Of a stretch of DNA of 1,115 bases, positions 1 through 1,115 are shown in pieces (within the stretch, counting starts at the first letter, position 1; each line of letters begins with the position of its first letter). A program made the position numbers and the translations under genes. The notes beneath the pieces are model-generated. The model did no database searches and was not told where the DNA came from. It saw only the letters and a program-made list of their open reading frames with translations. Source of the stretch: Naegleria gruberi (lineage: Eukaryota); the NCBI GenBank assembly GCA_000004985.1, contig GG739551.1. The stretch is one strand, 5' to 3'.

Positions 1-37
1 ACAGTTTCTAGAAAGACATGTCCTACAAAGCTCATGA

Positions 38-616
38 TTACAACCATTGTAATGAGATTCCAACAATGAAAAGAACTTCAATTGAACCTGTTAGATGCAT
101 GGCTACAACATGGGAAAATTTGATGCCTGCTTGAGTGGTTGTAATCGAGCAATTGTGATATTCGAAAGTGTCAATGAATTCTTGAGATTCAGATGAATAG
201 GTATTTTGGACGAAAGTATAATATTGATTATTAATGATAATGGAAATGATATCATAAATATTCCTCCCAAGTATTCCAATACATTGAACAATGGATAGAA
301 TAAAAACCATTCCTACCATTATAATTTGATTTCGTTTCATTTCCTTTCGTATTTTAGTTCGAATAAAAGACGAAGCAATAACAATCATCAAGATATTAAA
401 TAATACTAAAAATGTACTTGATATTGTAATTGCTCCAATCGATTGAGGAATAGGATCCAAATTCGAAAGTGTAACATTAGTATCCATTAAATCAAATTTC
501 GAATATGAAGATGAATTTATATTCGATTCTAACAATGAAAAAAAACTCCAATTGTCGTTGTTCTGATTAGCAGGTCGATGAAACTGCTCGGTGATTAATT
601 GTTTGAAAGGTGGCAT
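38..616 (-). CDS. Hypothetical small integral membrane protein. About 192 aa if translation starts at ATG 614-616; the stop is TAA at 38-40. It has an N/S-rich hydrophilic N-terminal region of about 60-75 aa and three predicted TM helices.
   Basis: Seen in sequence. The minus-strand frame is open from a TGA at 683-685 down to TAA at 38-40. The ORF track starts it at 665-667, but that codon is TTG (the revcomp of 'caa'), not ATG. The first in-frame ATG is 614-616 (M18 of the track protein, sequence MPPFKQ...). Its context is aaaaagaaATGcc, which is A-rich with no GGAGG-like Shine-Dalgarno. Hydrophobic helix-length segments are IGAITISSTFLVLFNILMIVIASSFI, IIMVGMVFILSIVQCIGILG and VVAMHLTGSIEVLFIVGISLQWL. 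A strongly basic loop, RTKIRKEMKRNQ, lies between the first two. By the positive-inside rule this gives N-out / C-in topology. That places the N-x-S/T sequons NSS and NVT (N-terminal region) and NCS (loop between TM2 and TM3) on the non-cytoplasmic side. A 630-nt open frame in sequence this AT-rich is unlikely by chance. I recognise no family. Confidence 0.55.
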   Translation of the reverse strand: MPPFKQLITEQFHRPANQNNDNWSFFSLLESNINSSSYSKFDLMDTNVTLSNLDPIPQSIGAITISSTFLVLFNILMIVIASSFIRTKIRKEMKRNQIIMVGMVFILSIVQCIGILGRNIYDIISIIINNQYYTFVQNTYSSESQEFIDTFEYHNCSITTTQAGIKFSHVVAMHLTGSIEVLFIVGISLQWL

Positions 617-713
617 TTCTTTTTGAGATTTGAAATGATAAGAGATAGAACTAATAATCAAAGGCAATTGTTGAGAGATATATCATAAACAATTAGGCAT
701 CAGCAATCATCAG

Positions 714-723
714 TATTAAAAAG
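714..723. promoter_or_regulatory. TATA-like element, TATTAAAAAG (one mismatch to TATAWAWR), about 100 bp upstream of ATG 614-616.
   Basis: Seen in sequence. The distance to the first ATG is compatible with a TATA-to-TSS-to-ATG arrangement in a fungal-type promoter. Neither orientation nor function can be established from sequence alone. A second, weaker TATA-like string (gATATATc) lies at 677-684, only ~65 bp from the ATG. Confidence 0.2.
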
Positions 724-785
724 AAACACCCTTCGCTTTTTCCAACTTTAAGAATTTCCATTTTTAAGGTTCATAAAAACAACAA

Positions 786-821
786 TTTTTTTAATTTATT
801 TGTTTTTTTCATATGAAAAAA
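786..821. repeat. Cluster of homopolymer tracts: T7 at 786-792, T7 at 803-809 and A6 at 816-821.
   Basis: Read directly from the sequence: 'aacaatttttttaatttatttgtttttttcatatgaaaaaattg'. It is about 290-170 bp upstream of ATG 614-616 in the gene's own sense. In yeast-like promoters such tracts act as nucleosome-excluding elements. Assigning that function here is inference. Confidence 0.6.
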
Positions 822-883
822 TTGTAAATTTCAATACAGCACGTTTACTTCAAGTTTGACAAGATTTGGGGAAATTAAAATTG

Positions 884-891
884 TTTTTTTT
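884..891. repeat. T8 homopolymer tract (A8 on the minus strand).
   Basis: Read directly: 'ttgtttttttttaaaattt'. It lies inside the ORF-free spacer. Confidence 0.6.
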
Positions 892-1057
892 AAAATTTAA
901 AGTATTTCATCTTTCAATTTTGATTTGGCAAGTAAACTCAACTCCATTTGAAAAGAATCTGTAACGATAATATTTTATTCAACAAAATGCTAATTTCTCG
1001 ATGGAATTAAGGTAGTTTTGAAATCTGACTTCAAATTATGAATCCTCGCATTGACAT

Positions 1058-1069
1058 ACCCCTTGGGGT
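1058..1069. promoter_or_regulatory. Isolated GC-rich near-palindrome ACCCCTTGGGGT containing a CCCCT (STRE-like) core. It is either a candidate transcription-factor site or a small hairpin.
   Basis: Seen in sequence. It is a 12-nt block with 8 of 12 G/C in an otherwise ~25% GC region. The arms ACCC/GGGT can pair around a CTTG loop. CCCCT is the core of the yeast stress-response element bound by Msn2/Msn4 (established knowledge). No T-run follows on either strand, so it is not an intrinsic terminator. It sits 27-38 nt upstream of the ATG at 1096. Confidence 0.25.
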
Positions 1070-1095
1070 GGCAGCATTCTCAAAAATATGTAGAA

Positions 1096-1115
1096 ATGAG
1101 TAAGAACGAGTTGTC
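1096..1115 (+). CDS. Possible 5' end of a plus-strand gene running off the window (ATG AGT AAG AAC GAG TTG TC, i.e. M-S-K-N-E-L...).
   Basis: ATG at 1096-1098 is the first ATG after an in-frame TGA at 1039-1041, and the frame stays open to the window edge. The context is tagaaATGag, with no Shine-Dalgarno. Its position at the far end of a ~480-bp ORF-free AT-rich spacer, pointing away from the minus-strand gene, fits a divergent gene pair. Only 6.7 codons are visible, so this is weak. Confidence 0.2.

Larger units (their letters stand above)
617..1095. promoter_or_regulatory. AT-rich, ORF-free intergenic spacer. It is the candidate 5' flank/promoter of the minus-strand gene, and possibly a divergent promoter shared with a plus-strand gene starting at 1096.
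   Basis: The six-frame track reports no ORF anywhere in 668-1115. The composition is markedly more AT-rich than the CDS. Homopolymer tracts are T7 at 786-792, T7 at 803-809, A6 at 816-821 and T8 at 884-891. TATA-like strings occur at 678-683 (atatat) and 714-723 (tattaaaaag). The ~480-bp length and the poly(dA:dT) content are typical of nucleosome-depleted promoters in compact eukaryotic genomes (established knowledge). No -35/-10 pair with correct spacing was found. Confidence 0.4.

Noticed and set aside
38-50. Weak donor-like 'gtaatc' overlapping the TAA stop on the minus strand (…tgg ttg TAA tca). It was considered because the protein ends abruptly at the end of a TM helix.
   Set aside because: It matches the GTRAGT consensus poorly (positions +5 and +6 are wrong). 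A protein ending right after a TM helix is unusual but not impossible. It cannot be tested without transcript data.
103-291. Second ORF-track entry: 62-aa minus-strand ORF (MFNVLEYLGG…).
   Set aside because: It lies entirely inside the 38-667 ORF in a different frame and is an I/L/S-rich translation of AT-rich sequence. It has no independent start context or supporting signal, so it is almost certainly a spurious shadow ORF.
665-667. ORF-track start codon for the long ORF.
   Set aside because: The codon is TTG (plus-strand 'caa'), with no Shine-Dalgarno upstream ('…tctctcaacaaTTG'). The frame is simply open back to TGA at 683-685. I treat ATG 614-616 as the start, or this as an internal exon.
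1054-1059. Canonical yeast 5' splice-site hexamer GTATGT on the minus strand (plus-strand 'acatac'). This suggested an intron in a 5' leader of the minus-strand gene.
   Set aside because: There is no TACTAAC branch point (plus-strand 'gttagta') anywhere between 668 and 1054, and there is no upstream exon or ATG to splice from. A single 6-mer is expected by chance in a window of about 1 kb.
1058-1069. GC-rich stem-loop considered as a rho-independent terminator.
   Set aside because: No U/T-run follows it on either strand (plus: 'ggcagcattc', minus: 'atgtcaatgcg'). The stem is only 4-5 bp.
1051-1079. TTGACA hexamer at 1051-1056, which looks like a sigma70 -35 box.
   Set aside because: 17±1 bp downstream reads 'gcattc' (1074-1079), with no TATAAT-like -10 box. 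Nothing else in the window looks bacterial, so a chance hexamer is the likelier explanation.
668-1095. Search for tRNA or other structured RNA genes, CRISPR repeats, IS/transposon terminal inverted repeats, and att-like sites in the ORF-free region.
   Set aside because: There is no GGTTCRANYCC T-loop or its complement. No repeat is 20 bp or longer. No repeat-spacer periodicity was seen. The only inverted repeats are 6 bp or shorter and A/T-rich. Simple AT-rich promoter DNA explains the region best.

Overview
This is an AT-rich window, roughly one-third G+C by eye and lower still in the non-coding part. It has a simple two-part layout. Positions ~38-616(667) hold one long minus-strand ORF. It encodes a small protein of about 190 aa with an Asn/Ser-rich hydrophilic N-terminal region and three strongly hydrophobic, helix-length segments. 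I do not recognise the protein family. Positions ~617-1095 are ORF-free in all six frames and extremely AT-rich, with several T7-T8 / A6 homopolymer tracts. One isolated GC-rich palindrome, ACCCCTTGGGGT, sits near the right end. Immediately after it, an ATG at 1096 opens a plus-strand frame (M-S-K-N-E-L...) that runs off the window. The left ORF is transcribed leftward and this frame rightward, so the intervening stretch would be a divergent promoter. The ORF-track 'start' at 665-667 is really a TTG. The first in-frame ATG is at 614-616, sits in an A-rich context, and has no Shine-Dalgarno-like purine run. No Shine-Dalgarno is visible before the candidate ATG at 1096 either. Together with the poly(dA:dT)-rich ~480-bp intergenic spacer and the N/S-rich protein composition, this looks most like a nuclear locus from a compact AT-rich eukaryote, with a budding-yeast-like architecture. 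It looks less like a bacterial or phage region, though a low-GC bacterium without Shine-Dalgarno usage (Bacteroidetes-like) cannot be excluded from the sequence alone. I see no CRISPR array, rRNA or tRNA, transposon ends, integrase-like ORF or defence-system-like gene cluster. I think this is an ordinary gene-plus-promoter window rather than a novel system. The most useful follow-ups are a homology search of the membrane protein and a check on whether a gene really starts at 1096.
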